This document shows, piece by piece, positions 51,170 to 61,547 of a stretch of 64,000 bases of DNA. The notes beneath the pieces are model-generated. The model made no database searches. It was not told the origin of the DNA and saw only the letters and a program-made list of their open reading frames with translations. The DNA comes from an uncultured Pseudomonadota bacterium (lineage in GTDB: Bacteria > Pseudomonadota > Alphaproteobacteria > UBA9219): contig CAIXHP010000023.1 in NCBI GenBank assembly GCA_903919315.1, forward strand, positions 30,031 through 94,030. The letters run 5' to 3'. The position numbers and the translations under genes were made by a program. Numbering within the stretch: position 1 is the first letter of the stretch; every line of letters begins with the position of its first letter.

Positions 51170-52216
51170 TTACGGCGCGGGATTCGGCGCACCGAGACGC
51201 AAGACCGGAACCTTGCCGCTGCGCCGCAAAGCCTCCACGCCATCGCGCCCGCCTTCCCTATACGCCCCAACAACCTGACCTTGCGCGGGGGTAAGACCGG
51301 CGGCGGGGAAGCGGCCGTTCGCGAAATCGCTGAGCTGATAGCGCGACTGGCTGGGCGTGTTGGTAAAATTGATGCCCGCATAGTTGGCATCGAGGTTGGT
51401 TGTGTTCACCCGCGCATAGGCGGCCAGACCGAGCAGCATATCCTGCTGCGCCCGCAGCGTCAGCGTTTCCGCGAAATAGCCCAGCTGTTCCGGGGTCATG
51501 TTCACCTGACGCGTCGCGTCGATGCTGGCCGCGTTCTGGTTGACGACGGTGCGGAAATCATACGACGAAGGGCCGCCCAACTGGTAAAGACCGCCGAGGG
51601 TGACTTTCGTGGCTCCGGTGCGGAAGGTCGACGTCGTCGCCACGGTGAGGCGGTTGATGTCGAGGCGCGTGATGGTTCCGTCGTTTCCGACGATCTTCAC
51701 CACGCCGGTGCCGCTGCCCGTATCGTTGGCATAAACGCCCGGCTTGCTGTTGCGCTGGGTCGCATAGCCCATCGCCGTCTTCATCGTCTGCGTCAGTTGC
51801 GCGGCATCGTTGGGCTGCAAAGGATAGTTCGCGTAGGTGCCAGCCGGTTTGGCGATGCCGTTGACGTAATGATAGCCGTCTTGCTGGCGCGAGAAATAGC
51901 CTTCCATGGCCACGCCGTTGATGATTTGCTTGACGGTCGCGCTGCTGCCGTCGGGCTGCATCTGGACGGCAAAGACGGGGCTGCCGTCGCGCGTGTCGTA
52001 ACCCGCAATCACGGTGCCGAGCGGCATCTGCCGATCATTCAATCCCTGATAAACATTGACGCAAGTGCCGCGCTGCGTAACGGCATCGCAACCCATCGCC
52101 ACGCCACCCGCGTTGTTGGCGGAAAATCCGGTGGTGGCGCAGCCGCCGACGAAGGCGGAAGCAGCGAGGACGAGGGGAAGGGCAGTTCCGGCCAAGAGAC
52201 GGCTTTTCAAATTCAT
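51170..52216 (-). CDS. secreted lipoprotein (hypothetical)
   Basis: Signal peptide ending in the lipobox-like FVGGC; Gly/Thr/Asn-rich. Confidence 0.55.
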   Translation of the reverse strand: MNLKSRLLAGTALPLVLAASAFVGGCATTGFSANNAGGVAMGCDAVTQRGTCVNVYQGLNDRQMPLGTVIAGYDTRDGSPVFAVQMQPDGSSATVKQIINGVAMEGYFSRQQDGYHYVNGIAKPAGTYANYPLQPNDAAQLTQTMKTAMGYATQRNSKPGVYANDTGSGTGVVKIVGNDGTITRLDINRLTVATTSTFRTGATKVTLGGLYQLGGPSSYDFRTVVNQNAASIDATRQVNMTPEQLGYFAETLTLRAQQDMLLGLAAYARVNTTNLDANYAGINFTNTPSQSRYQLSDFANGRFPAAGLTPAQGQVVGAYREGGRDGVEALRRSGKVPVLRLGAPNPAP

Positions 52217-52499
52217 TTTCTCTATCCTTCGGCGATCAACGCCTCAAAAATGGTTGCGGCAGGTCTTTCAGGCACAGCCCCTAAAACCCAACAAAAACAC
52301 CTTAAACGAGCATCAAAAAACTACTCTCCGGCAAATAGTTGCGCAAGAGGTCAAACGTTAAGCATGAATGCTGGTTTTGCAGGCGCGGTTCGATCAGCGC
52401 AACGCGGCTGTCGCATGTGCCGCCCTCAGGGTTGACTCGACGGAGGCGTAGGGCGAGGCTGTTGTCGACGTTAACCATTCCGACAAGGGAAACGAGCAA

Positions 52500-53303
52500 A
52501 TGGCGGATGAGAGCGGTGAAAACGTCGATCAGGGCGCTTCGCATTATGCCCCCGGATATGCGGAAGCGCGCATCGGCTTCATGGAGAAGCGTCGTGGCGT
52601 GACGCACGCGGCTTTTCTGCTTCCGTACTTGAGCGACCAGTCGCGCGTTCTGGATTGCGGCTGCGGCCCCGGAACCATCACCAATGATCTGGCGGCGTGC
52701 GTTAAGGGCGGGTTTGTTATCGGCATCGATGTCAACAAAGCGCAGACGCAACGGGCGCAGCGCCATGCGCGTGATTTGGGAATACAAAACGCTTTTTACA
52801 TCGAGCAGAATGTAACCGCCTTGGACTTCAGCGACGACAGCTTTGATGTCGTTTTCAGCGAAGCTCTCCTTGATCATGTTCCGGACACCGAAAAAGCCGT
52901 TTCTGAAATGGTTCGCGTTCTCCGTCCCGGGGGCCTTTTGGCGCTTCGTTCTCCGGACTGGTCCGGACTGGCCTTTGATCCGCCCACAGAGAGCGGGCTG
53001 TTTCTGGTCGAAGCATACAAGAACCGCATCGCCGCCGCTGGGGGGCACCCGTTCATGGGCCAGCAACTATCTGTGTGCATGGGGTTGGCGGGTCTTGAAA
53101 ACATCAAGGTGTCGCGCGGCCAAGAAATACACGACGCGCCGAGCGGCTTTCTTTTGGCCATCGGCGAGGCCGTTTTGCCCACTTCGGTGAATCGCAACCA
53201 AGCCAACGCCCTCATTGCCGAGGCCCAAACGTGGGCCAAGCGGCCTCAGGCGACGATCAGGGAAATATGGACGGAGTGTGTAGGATTCAAGCGCGGGTCT
53301 TGA
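52500..53303 (+). CDS. class I SAM-dependent methyltransferase
   Basis: Motif I VLDCGCGPG; motif post-II VLRPGGLL. Confidence 0.7.
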   Translation: MADESGENVDQGASHYAPGYAEARIGFMEKRRGVTHAAFLLPYLSDQSRVLDCGCGPGTITNDLAACVKGGFVIGIDVNKAQTQRAQRHARDLGIQNAFYIEQNVTALDFSDDSFDVVFSEALLDHVPDTEKAVSEMVRVLRPGGLLALRSPDWSGLAFDPPTESGLFLVEAYKNRIAAAGGHPFMGQQLSVCMGLAGLENIKVSRGQEIHDAPSGFLLAIGEAVLPTSVNRNQANALIAEAQTWAKRPQATIREIWTECVGFKRGS

Positions 53304-53309
53304 CCAAGT

Positions 53310-54182
53310 TTATTCTATAAAGGGCTTGGCGACGGGCAGAAAGGAGGAGGGATCGTCCTTTCTGTAACGATCCAGAATGACATCAATATCGCCGGAGCCT
53401 AACATTTCTTCGAGCGTCATGTTGAACATCGCCAGCAACTTGTTCTCGCCGATGTCCATTTGCAACCCGTTGGCGTAGTAACGGATGGGCGTGTCCTTGA
53501 TAACGCGTTGTATCTTGTCCGGGTTTTTGCCCATGAACATTGAGGCAGCGTGGCGCTCGATAAAGGTCACATCCGCCTTCTTTTCCGCGACGTTGACAAG
53601 CGCCGTTATATAATCGGTCGTTTGCGGCATCGTGAGCTGTGTGGCGTTGGGAAAATTCTGATCGGCAATAACCTTGGTCGCGGTGCCGTCAATGGCCGAT
53701 ATCTTCACGGATGGATCGTTGATAGCGCCCAGATTGTGGTCAAAGCGATTGTTGCCTTTCCATGTGTAGGCATCAAGGGCGCTGTAGTACAGCGGGATGG
53801 TCTGGCTCAGGAAAGCCGAATAGCCCCCGGAATTCCAGCCATTTATGCACAATGCGTCGTAGCGCCCTGTCTTTAACCCCTCGATCATGCTGCCGAAGCT
53901 GACTTCTTCCGCCCACTCGATTTTCAGGCCGGCGCGCTTTCCCAACAGTTCCGTAATGTCATAGATGATGCCCGAGAAAACGCCGGTGTTCGGGTCTTTC
54001 ATCAGCGCGGATTCGTAAACCACATAACCGCATCTGAGCGTGTGTGTGCGCATAACGCGATCATACGCGCTTTCTTTGGCGACCTGCGTCGTCAAGGCGT
54101 TGTGACGGACGAGGCTTGCCGTGGTCAACGAAGCGACAAGCGCAATGGCAACGGCCAGAAGTGTCAGGAAAGACTTACTCAT
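53310..54182 (-). CDS. ABC transporter periplasmic substrate-binding protein (family 3, amino-acid type)
   Basis: Signal peptide; SBP_bac_3-like sequence; lower GC than surroundings. Confidence 0.6.
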   Translation of the reverse strand: MSKSFLTLLAVAIALVASLTTASLVRHNALTTQVAKESAYDRVMRTHTLRCGYVVYESALMKDPNTGVFSGIIYDITELLGKRAGLKIEWAEEVSFGSMIEGLKTGRYDALCINGWNSGGYSAFLSQTIPLYYSALDAYTWKGNNRFDHNLGAINDPSVKISAIDGTATKVIADQNFPNATQLTMPQTTDYITALVNVAEKKADVTFIERHAASMFMGKNPDKIQRVIKDTPIRYYANGLQMDIGENKLLAMFNMTLEEMLGSGDIDVILDRYRKDDPSSFLPVAKPFIE

Positions 54183-54246
54183 GACCCGTTCCTCGATAAA
54201 CTCAAAGGTGTCTGCTGCTTGAATCTACGCTGTTCAGAAGAGCCGC

Positions 54247-55332
54247 TCAATCCCCCAGACAAACCCCAAGCCCACGGGCGGTGCGGACGAGGGAGTCTTC
54301 GGGGCCGACTTGTTGGCATTGGCGGATGGCGTCGTCGATGGGCACGTCGATGACTGTGCGGTTCGACCAACCGACCATGCGGTCATAGTGTCCGGCTTGG
54401 ATCAGCTCCACGGCGTGAACGCCAAAGGCGGTCGCCAGCAGGCGGTCTTGGGCGCTGGGCTGGCCGCCGCGCTGGACATGGCCGAGGACGGTGACGCGCG
54501 TTTCGGCTTGGCACAGGTCAGCGATTTGCGCGCCGAGGTAATGGCCGATGCCGCCCAGACGATGCTGGTTGCCATAGAACGCCTTGGTGAGCGTTTCACC
54601 CGCGCTCGTCTTGACGGCTTCCGAGACGACCATCAGCGCGAAATTCCGTCCGCGCTGCCGCAGACTTTCGATGTGAGCGGCGACCTTTTGCAGCGTGTAG
54701 GGAATTTCGGGAATCAGAATGACATCCGCGCCGCCCGCGATTCCGGCGGTCAGGGCGATATGTCCGGCATCGCGGCCCATGACTTCCAGAATCATGATCC
54801 GGTCATGGCTGGCCGCCGTGGGTTGCAATCGATCCAACGCTTCGGTGGCGACGGCGACGGCGGTGTCAAAGCCGACCGAGGTTTCCGTCATGCTCAGGTC
54901 GTTGTCGATGGTCTTGGGAATGCCGATCAGGTGAAAACCGCCTTGCCGCGCCAGCCGTTGCAGGATGGCGAGGCTGCCGTCGCCGCCGATGCCGATCACC
55001 GCCTCGCAGCCGAGCTTTTTCAGCGCCGCGATGATCTCGCCGGAACGGTCTTTAAGCGAGCCGTCGGGCATGGGATAGGCGAAAGGATCGCCCTTGTTGG
55101 TCGTGCCCAGAATCGTGCCGCCTTGGCGCAGAATGGCCGTCTCGACATCTTCCACCGTCAAAACCTGCGTCTTCGGCGGATCGCAGAGCAAGCCATGCGT
55201 GCCGTTCTTGATCCCGATGACTTCCCAATTCAAAGCCGAAGCGCGCAGCACCACGGCGCGCAAAATGGCGTTCAGTCCGGCGCAGTCGCCGCCGCTGGTC
55301 AGAATGGCAATACGTTTGACAGGTGCGTTCAT
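54247..55332 (-). CDS. pfkA: 6-phosphofructokinase
   Basis: ILTSGGDCAGLNA, GGDGS and PKTIDND motifs. Confidence 0.85.
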   Translation of the reverse strand: MNAPVKRIAILTSGGDCAGLNAILRAVVLRASALNWEVIGIKNGTHGLLCDPPKTQVLTVEDVETAILRQGGTILGTTNKGDPFAYPMPDGSLKDRSGEIIAALKKLGCEAVIGIGGDGSLAILQRLARQGGFHLIGIPKTIDNDLSMTETSVGFDTAVAVATEALDRLQPTAASHDRIMILEVMGRDAGHIALTAGIAGGADVILIPEIPYTLQKVAAHIESLRQRGRNFALMVVSEAVKTSAGETLTKAFYGNQHRLGGIGHYLGAQIADLCQAETRVTVLGHVQRGGQPSAQDRLLATAFGVHAVELIQAGHYDRMVGWSNRTVIDVPIDDAIRQCQQVGPEDSLVRTARGLGVCLGD

Positions 55333-55416
55333 AAAAAACCTCGGAAGGGGGAGTAGACGGAGGATTATAACGAAAAGCGAAAGCGAACGGAATGGAACAG
55401 CGAAAAATTTATCGTC

Positions 55417-56088
55417 TCAGCTCGTGGCTTTGAGCGCGTGGGCTCTCGCCAAGCGCGGCAGGTCTTGCATGTTTGAAAAGACCGTTTCCGCGCCTGCTTG
55501 ACGAAGCTTGTCACTGTGGTTTGGCCCGCAATGGCTGCCGCCCACAAAGCCGAATACCGTCATGCCCGCTGCAACTCCGGCCAAAACGCCAGCAACGCCG
55601 TCCTCGATCACCAGACAGTCTTGGGCCGGAATGCCGACATGACGTGCGGCGAGAAGAAACAAATCCGGCGCGGGCTTGCCGTGTTCAACGCGCTCCGTAG
55701 AGAAGATATGGGGCGCGAAACGGTCGTAAAGACCGACGGTTTCCAGCGCCGCCGTCACTTCGCTCTCTTTCGAACCCGAAGCGATGCAGCGGGGAAAGTC
55801 GCTCAGAGCATCCAGCGCCGCGCCAACGCCTGCGATGGGCTGGAGTTGTTGGCGAAACGTGGCGATTTTCTCTCGCTCCATCGTCGCCTCGATTTCCGGG
55901 GATATCGTGCGGCCTGTCTCTTGCTCTAGAATCTTGCAAATAGAACTCATCGCAACGCCAGCAAAGCGCCGCCTTAGTTCCTCCGGGAGAATATTTATAC
56001 CTGCCGTCCGAAGAACTCTGGCCTCAATTTCGTTATGAAGGAGCATTGAGTCCACGACCACGCCGTCGCAATCAAAAACAAGCAGCAT
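55417..56088 (-). CDS. HAD-family hydrolase
   Basis: Motif I LLVFDCDGVVVDS; AAGGGGA RBS before ATG 56088. Confidence 0.7.
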   Translation of the reverse strand: MLLVFDCDGVVVDSMLLHNEIEARVLRTAGINILPEELRRRFAGVAMSSICKILEQETGRTISPEIEATMEREKIATFRQQLQPIAGVGAALDALSDFPRCIASGSKESEVTAALETVGLYDRFAPHIFSTERVEHGKPAPDLFLLAARHVGIPAQDCLVIEDGVAGVLAGVAAGMTVFGFVGGSHCGPNHSDKLRQAGAETVFSNMQDLPRLARAHALKATS

Positions 56089-56126
56089 TTCTAAAATCCC
56101 CTTGCGGAAGAGTGAAGCGACGATGT

Positions 56127-57224
56127 TCAGGCCTCTGACCACTTATCGCCCAGCCGCGTCATATGCGCCATCTTGCGGCCTGGACGAATTTCCGTTTTGC
56201 CGTAGAGGTGGAGGCAGACGGTGGGATCGGCCAGATACTCCGGCCAGCGTTGCACATCGTCGCCCAGAATATTCTGCATCACGGCGCGGCTGTGCGGCGT
56301 GGTGGGGCCGAGCGGCAGACCGCAGACGGCGCGAACCAGTTGCTCGAACTGGCTGCAGGCGCAGGCATCGATCGTCCAGTGGCCGGAATTGTGCGGACGC
56401 GGCGCGATCTCGTTCATCAGCACACTCTGCCCCGCCGCGTTGGGAGTCTTGAGAACGAACATCTCGACGCACAGCAGGCCGACGACATCAAGCGCAGCGG
56501 CCAGCGTTTGCGCGATCTGCTTGGCTTCATGCTCCACGGCGGGCGATATGCGGGCCGGAACACGCGTTTCGGCGAGGACGTGGTTGATGTGGATGTTCTC
56601 GGCGACGGGATAGGTCGCCATGACTCCATCCGCGCGACGCGCCACGATGACGGAAATCTCGCGGTCGAAATCGATGAAGGTTTCGATGATTCCGGCCTCG
56701 CTCCCCATCGCGCGCCAAGCTGTCGCCGCGTCCATGTCGGACGTGATCGTCAACTGCCCCTTGCCATCATAGCCAAGGCGCGAGGTTTTGAGGATGGCGG
56801 GCCGCGCGAAATTCTCCATCGCTTCCGCCAGTTCCTTGACGGACAGCACCGGCATGAAATCCGGCGTTCCGAGGCCTTGCTGGCGGGCAAAGGACTTTTC
56901 CAGCACGCGATCCTGCGCGATGCGCAAGACGGGAGCGTTGGGGTGGACTGGCTTGCGGCGCGACAGGACTTCGAGAGTCTCAAGCGGCACGTTTTCCCAT
57001 TCCAGCGTCACGACATCGACGGCCTCGGCGAATTTCTTCAAAGCCGCGTGGTCGAGGAAATCGCCGCGCGTGTGGCCCGCCGCCACTTGCAGGGCGGGCG
57101 CGTCCATTTCCGGGCAAAAGATGTGGCTGCGGTAACCGAGCCGCGCTGCCGCGAGCGCCGTCATGCGCCCCAATTGCCCGCCGCCGAGAATGCCGATGGT
57201 GGAACCGGGAGGAAGAATGTTCAT
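56127..57224 (-). CDS. purK: N5-carboxyaminoimidazole ribonucleotide synthase
   Basis: ATP-grasp; N-terminal IGILGGGQLGRM. Confidence 0.85.
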   Translation of the reverse strand: MNILPPGSTIGILGGGQLGRMTALAAARLGYRSHIFCPEMDAPALQVAAGHTRGDFLDHAALKKFAEAVDVVTLEWENVPLETLEVLSRRKPVHPNAPVLRIAQDRVLEKSFARQQGLGTPDFMPVLSVKELAEAMENFARPAILKTSRLGYDGKGQLTITSDMDAATAWRAMGSEAGIIETFIDFDREISVIVARRADGVMATYPVAENIHINHVLAETRVPARISPAVEHEAKQIAQTLAAALDVVGLLCVEMFVLKTPNAAGQSVLMNEIAPRPHNSGHWTIDACACSQFEQLVRAVCGLPLGPTTPHSRAVMQNILGDDVQRWPEYLADPTVCLHLYGKTEIRPGRKMAHMTRLGDKWSEA

Positions 57225-57225
57225 G

Positions 57226-57783
57226 TCAGACCTTCTTCTTTTTGGTTTCGTTCTTAGGTTTTTCGGCGATGGAAGCGGTCTGCGCGGCGCGCCAGACGTT
57301 CAGACGTTCCGCCAGTTTCTTGTCTTGGAGCGCCAGCACCGCCACCGCCAGCAATCCGGCGTTGGTGGCCCCCGCCTCGCCGATGGCCAACGTCCCTACC
57401 GGAACGCCCGCAGGCATCTGCGCGATGGAAAGCAGGCTGTCGAGGCCGTCCAGCGACTTGCTCCGTATTGGCACACCCAAGACGGGCAGGGTGGTCAGAG
57501 AGGAAATCATGCCGGGCAAATGCGCCGCGCCGCCCGCTCCGGCGATGATGACCTGCAAGCCACGCTCTACGGCTGAGGTGGCGTAGGAATACAGGCGTTG
57601 CGGCGTGCGGTGTGCCGACACAATCATGGCCTCGAACGGCACGCCAAAGCCGTGCAGAACGTCCGCCGCCCGTTTCATGGTCTCCCAGTCGGACTGGCTC
57701 CCCATGACGATTCCGACCAAGGACGGGGCCGAATCGTTGCCGGACTTGGTGGATTTAGGGGTTGCGCGGGGCTTGCGAGCCAT
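57226..57783 (-). CDS. purE: N5-CAIR mutase
   Basis: [14 protein letters not shown]...[11 protein letters not shown]. Confidence 0.85.
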   Translation of the reverse strand: MARKPRATPKSTKSGNDSAPSLVGIVMGSQSDWETMKRAADVLHGFGVPFEAMIVSAHRTPQRLYSYATSAVERGLQVIIAGAGGAAHLPGMISSLTTLPVLGVPIRSKSLDGLDSLLSIAQMPAGVPVGTLAIGEAGATNAGLLAVAVLALQDKKLAERLNVWRAAQTASIAEKPKNETKKKKV

Positions 57784-57910
57784 GGTTGATCCTTTTTTTC
57801 GCAGGGAAGGGCGCAAATTAATGGGTTTTAAGGCAATTGGCTAGAAACTTGTTCGCGGCCCCAAAATCCGAGGCCATTCTCGTTGCCGAGCAACCCATTC
57901 GAGGCCCTGC

Positions 57911-58540
57911 GTGGACAAACCTATCGACTTGATGAGCGATCCCCTGACCGACGCGCCTTTGACGACAGAGCAGCGTCAGGCGTGGGACTTGATCCGCGCG
58001 GAACTCATCATCGCGCGTGAGAGCCTTCAAGAAATGGAGACGCGCATCCGCGCGCTCGAACATCGCGCGTCCGACGAGGAACGCGTTTTATCCATTCTTA
58101 CGCGCCCCGAATTTAACCGCGAAGTGGCGCGTATGCTGGCCTTTGACGAACGCTATGGCGGACAGTCCAGCGTCCTCTACTTCAGCGTCGAGAACCTGAC
58201 CGACATTATCGCGCAAAAAGGGCGCGACAAGGCCAACGCCGCCGTGCGTACAGCCTGTGACACGTTCGCGCGCAACATCCGCAACAGCGACATTCTGGGC
58301 CGCCTCGCGGTGGACGAATTCGGCATACTGCTCCCGCGTTGCGATAATGTGTCCGCGTGGAAGAAAGGTGAAACGCTGGTCACCGCGCTTCAACGCGCCC
58401 TTACAGGCGCGGGCGATTTCGACTTTTCCCTGTCGATCAGCTATGGCGCCTATACCTTCAATGACGACAAAGACGTGGCCGCAGGCCTGAAACGCGCCGC
58501 CAGTTCCATGACCCGCTCCCCCGAAGGCCCCAAGCCCTGA
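57911..58540 (+). CDS. GGDEF-like domain protein (degenerate active site) with N-terminal coiled coil
   Basis: RLAVDEFGILL in place of RxGGDEF; upstream cyclase-like elements. Confidence 0.5.
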   Translation: MDKPIDLMSDPLTDAPLTTEQRQAWDLIRAELIIARESLQEMETRIRALEHRASDEERVLSILTRPEFNREVARMLAFDERYGGQSSVLYFSVENLTDIIAQKGRDKANAAVRTACDTFARNIRNSDILGRLAVDEFGILLPRCDNVSAWKKGETLVTALQRALTGAGDFDFSLSISYGAYTFNDDKDVAAGLKRAASSMTRSPEGPKP

Positions 58541-58561
58541 ACTTACACTCATCCCCCCGAG

Positions 58562-59110
58562 TCATGCTCGCGAAGGCGAGCATCCATCACCCGGCGATGC
58601 CCTATACGCACGTTCACAGAACGCCACGAGAACGTTGCCGACAGGCGATGGATCGCCGCCTACGCGGCGATGACGCTTGGGGGGAGGGGCGCATTTTTCC
58701 CCCTGCGTCATGCTCGCGAAGGCGAGCATCCATCTCCCGGAGGAGCCTTAAGCGCACAGCCTCAGAACGCCGCGCGAACGTCCCCGACAGGTGATGGATC
58801 GCCGCCTGCGCGGCGATGACGCTTGCGGGGAGGGGGTGCACTTTTCCCCCTGCGTCATGCTCGCGAAGGCGAGCATCCATCACCCGGCGGAGCCTTAAGC
58901 GCACAGCCTCAGAACGCCGCGCCAACGTCCCCGACAGGTGATGGATCGCCGCCTACGCGGCGATGACGCTTGGGGGGAGGGGCGCATTTTTCCCCCTGCG
59001 TCATGTTCGCGAAGGCGAGCATCCATCACCCGGTGGAGTCTTAAGCGCACGTTCACAGAACGCCGCCTGCGCGGCGATGACGCTTGGGGGGGCAGATGTC
59101 GCCGCAGACC
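58562..59110. repeat. about 3.7 tandem copies of a ~146-bp REP-like unit containing GAAG-loop hairpins (CATGCTCGCGAAGGCGAGCATC) and GC palindromes
   Basis: Units begin at 58562, 58707, 58855 and 59001 with near-identical sequence. Confidence 0.85.
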
Positions 59111-59115
59111 CTTTT

Positions 59116-59316
59116 TCAGGCGATAATATCAGGAAGCAATTGGTTCTCGACGCGGCTGATTTCGTCGCGGATCTGGAGCTTGCGCTTCTTCACGCGGGCC
59201 AGTTGGAGCATATCCGGCACGGCGCGTTGAGCCAGCGACAGGATGGCATCATCCAGATCGCGGTGTTCGGCCTTCAACAGGGCCAGTCGTTCGCGGAGTT
59301 TATCTTGGTCGCTCAT
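59116..59316 (-). CDS. DUF465 (YdcH-like) small protein
   Basis: LALLKAEHRDLDDAI...VKKRKLQIRDEI matches the DUF465 pattern. Confidence 0.7.
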   Translation of the reverse strand: MSDQDKLRERLALLKAEHRDLDDAILSLAQRAVPDMLQLARVKKRKLQIRDEISRVENQLLPDIIA

Positions 59317-59499
59317 GTTTCTTCAGCCGATTTATAGGATCGGCGACTATTAGCAGAGAATCGCGCCAATAACCACTATTCCGTTCGGCTTCAAAGCCGC
59401 CGCCGTCGGGAAAGAAATTCACAGGCTAGATGAAAGCTGGTATCTTTGGCAAAGCGCGGCGGACATCTCCGCTTAAGGGGATGTCGAAGGGGAGGGATA

Positions 59500-60096
59500 A
59501 TGCGTTCCAGCGATTCGGCGGAGGTAGAAGGATCGACCGAGTCAGGCTGGCTGGCGGGCCGAATTCTGATCGCCATGCCGACAATGGCCGACCCGCGCTT
59601 TGCCCGCGCCGTCGTCTATCTGTGTTCGCACGGCCCTGAGGGCGCGATGGGGTTGGTCATCAATCGCGTCTATGGCGAGCTGAACTTCCGGGGCTTGCTT
59701 GGCCAGATGGGCATCAAGCCCGTGGCGGGCGTTCCCGATATGCCGGTGCATTTTGGCGGCCCCGTCGATCCGGCGCGCGGTTTTGTGCTGCACACCGTCG
59801 ATTACAGCCGCCACGACACGCTTCCGGTCGGCGACAACATCGCCTTGACCGCCACGGTCGAAATTCTCAAGGCTCTGGCGAACGGCGAGGGGCCGCAACG
59901 CTCGCTTCTTGCGCTGGGCTACGCCGGATGGGGCGCGGGGCAGCTTGAGGCGGAACTTCAGACCAACGGATGGCTGGTGGCGGCGGCGGACGAAGACCTC
60001 GTCTTTGACCCCGACCTTGAGTCCAAATGGGATCAGGCGCTGGCCAAACTCGGTGTCAGCGCGATGATGCTGTCGGGCGACATGGGGCATGCGTGA
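59500..60096 (+). CDS. YqgE/AlgH family protein (UPF0301)
   Basis: GRILIAMPTMADPRFARAVVYLCSHGPEGAMGLVINR; GGAGG RBS. Confidence 0.75.
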   Translation: MRSSDSAEVEGSTESGWLAGRILIAMPTMADPRFARAVVYLCSHGPEGAMGLVINRVYGELNFRGLLGQMGIKPVAGVPDMPVHFGGPVDPARGFVLHTVDYSRHDTLPVGDNIALTATVEILKALANGEGPQRSLLALGYAGWGAGQLEAELQTNGWLVAAADEDLVFDPDLESKWDQALAKLGVSAMMLSGDMGHA

Positions 60097-60168
60097 TTTG
60101 ACTTTGGCGGCGTTCTGTGCATTTTCAGCCGCTCGGTGACACAAGTTTTTTGGGTTTGAGGACGTTCC

Positions 60169-61288
60169 ATGCGCGCAGAAGTACAATCAGCGATTGCGGC
60201 GATTGAAAAATCGCTGGCGTTGCTGAGGAGGCATCTTTGACTATGATCAGGCCCTTATCCGTTTGGATGAGTTGAACGCGCTGTCCGAAAACCCCGACCT
60301 TTGGAACAATTCGGCGCGGGCGCAGGCGGTGATGCGCGAACGCACGCATCTTGAGCAAGCCGTGCGCGGCTATCGCGCCTTGACGCAAGGGGTGAAGGAC
60401 AACACCGAGCTTTTGCAGATGGCCGAGAGCGAAGGCGATCCCGCCATGGTCGCCGAGGCCGAGCAAGCCCTGTTCGCCCTGCGCGAACAAGCGGCGCAGC
60501 GCGAGCTGGAAAGCCTGTTGTCCGGCGAAGCGGATGCCAACGATTGCTACCTCGAAGTCAACGCGGGCGCGGGCGGCACCGAGGCGCAGGATTGGGCCGA
60601 AATGCTGCTGCGCATGTATTTGCGTTGGGCCGAAAAGCATGGCTACAAAATCGCGCTGCTCGACGAATCGCGCGGCGAAGAAGCGGGCATCAAATCCACC
60701 ACCGTGCAGATTTCCGGCCACAATGCCTATGGCTGGCTGAAAACCGAAACGGGCGTGCATCGTCTGGTGCGCATCAGTCCCTATGATGCCAACGCCCGCC
60801 GCCACACCAGCTTTGCCAGCGCGTCGATCAGCCCCGTGGTGGACGACAGCATCCCCATCGAGATTCTGGACAAGGACTTAAAGGTCGACGTGTACCGCTC
60901 CAGCGGCGCGGGCGGCCAGCACGTCAACAAGACCGAAAGCGCGGTGCGCTTCACCCACTTGCCCACCGGCATCATCGTCGCATGCCAGCAGGAACGGTCG
61001 CAGATCAAAAACCGCGCCAAGGCGATGGAAATGCTCCGCGCCAAAATCTACGAAATGGAGCTGAAAAAGCGCGAAGATGCCGCCGCCGTTCTGGAAGCCA
61101 ACAAAAGCGAAATCGCCTGGGGCCACCAGATCCGCTCGTATGTGCTGCAACCCTATCAGATGGTTAAAGACGTCCGCACCGGCGTCGAAACCAGCCAAAC
61201 CCAAGACGTCCTCGATGGCGACATCGACAAATTCCTCCAAGCCTCACTGGCCCAACGCATCAAGGGACAGGTGGAGGACGTGGAGTAG
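60169..61288 (+). CDS. prfB: peptide chain release factor 2 with programmed +1 frameshift
   Basis: Frame 0 ATG 60169 ... AGGAGG CAT CTT TGA C (TGA at 60238-60240); the +1 frame continues [22 protein letters not shown]...; SPF and GGQ ([11 protein letters not shown]) motifs downstream. Confidence 0.9.
60226..60241 (+). other. prfB programmed +1 ribosomal frameshift site (internal SD AGGAGG + CUU UGA C)
   Basis: Sequence AGGAGGCATCTTTGAC read directly. Confidence 0.85.
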
Positions 61289-61547
61289 GTCGTTTCCGTA
61301 TCATGGAAATCCCCCACCTATGCGGACGTGACGGAACTTGCTTTGAATTCAATAACCTATCGTCATGCCCGCGTAGGCGGGCATCCCATTTTTTGAATCA
61401 TTTTATCCGGCGCTGGCAATATAATTGCGCAACTAAAAAAACATATTTATATTTTCACGACTGAAACAAACCCGTTCGAGAAGGCTCTGGCATTCGGTTT
61501 TGGAGCGCAAGGCACGGATTTCGAAATTTATAATCAGGAGACATCAA

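Noticed and set aside
58564-59337. ORFs 58564..58794(+), 58614..58925(-), 58938..59126(+), 58963..59337(+)
   Set aside because: They lie entirely within the 146-bp tandem hairpin repeats, have repetitive Arg/Asp-rich translations, and overlap the DUF465 gene; artefacts of the repeat.
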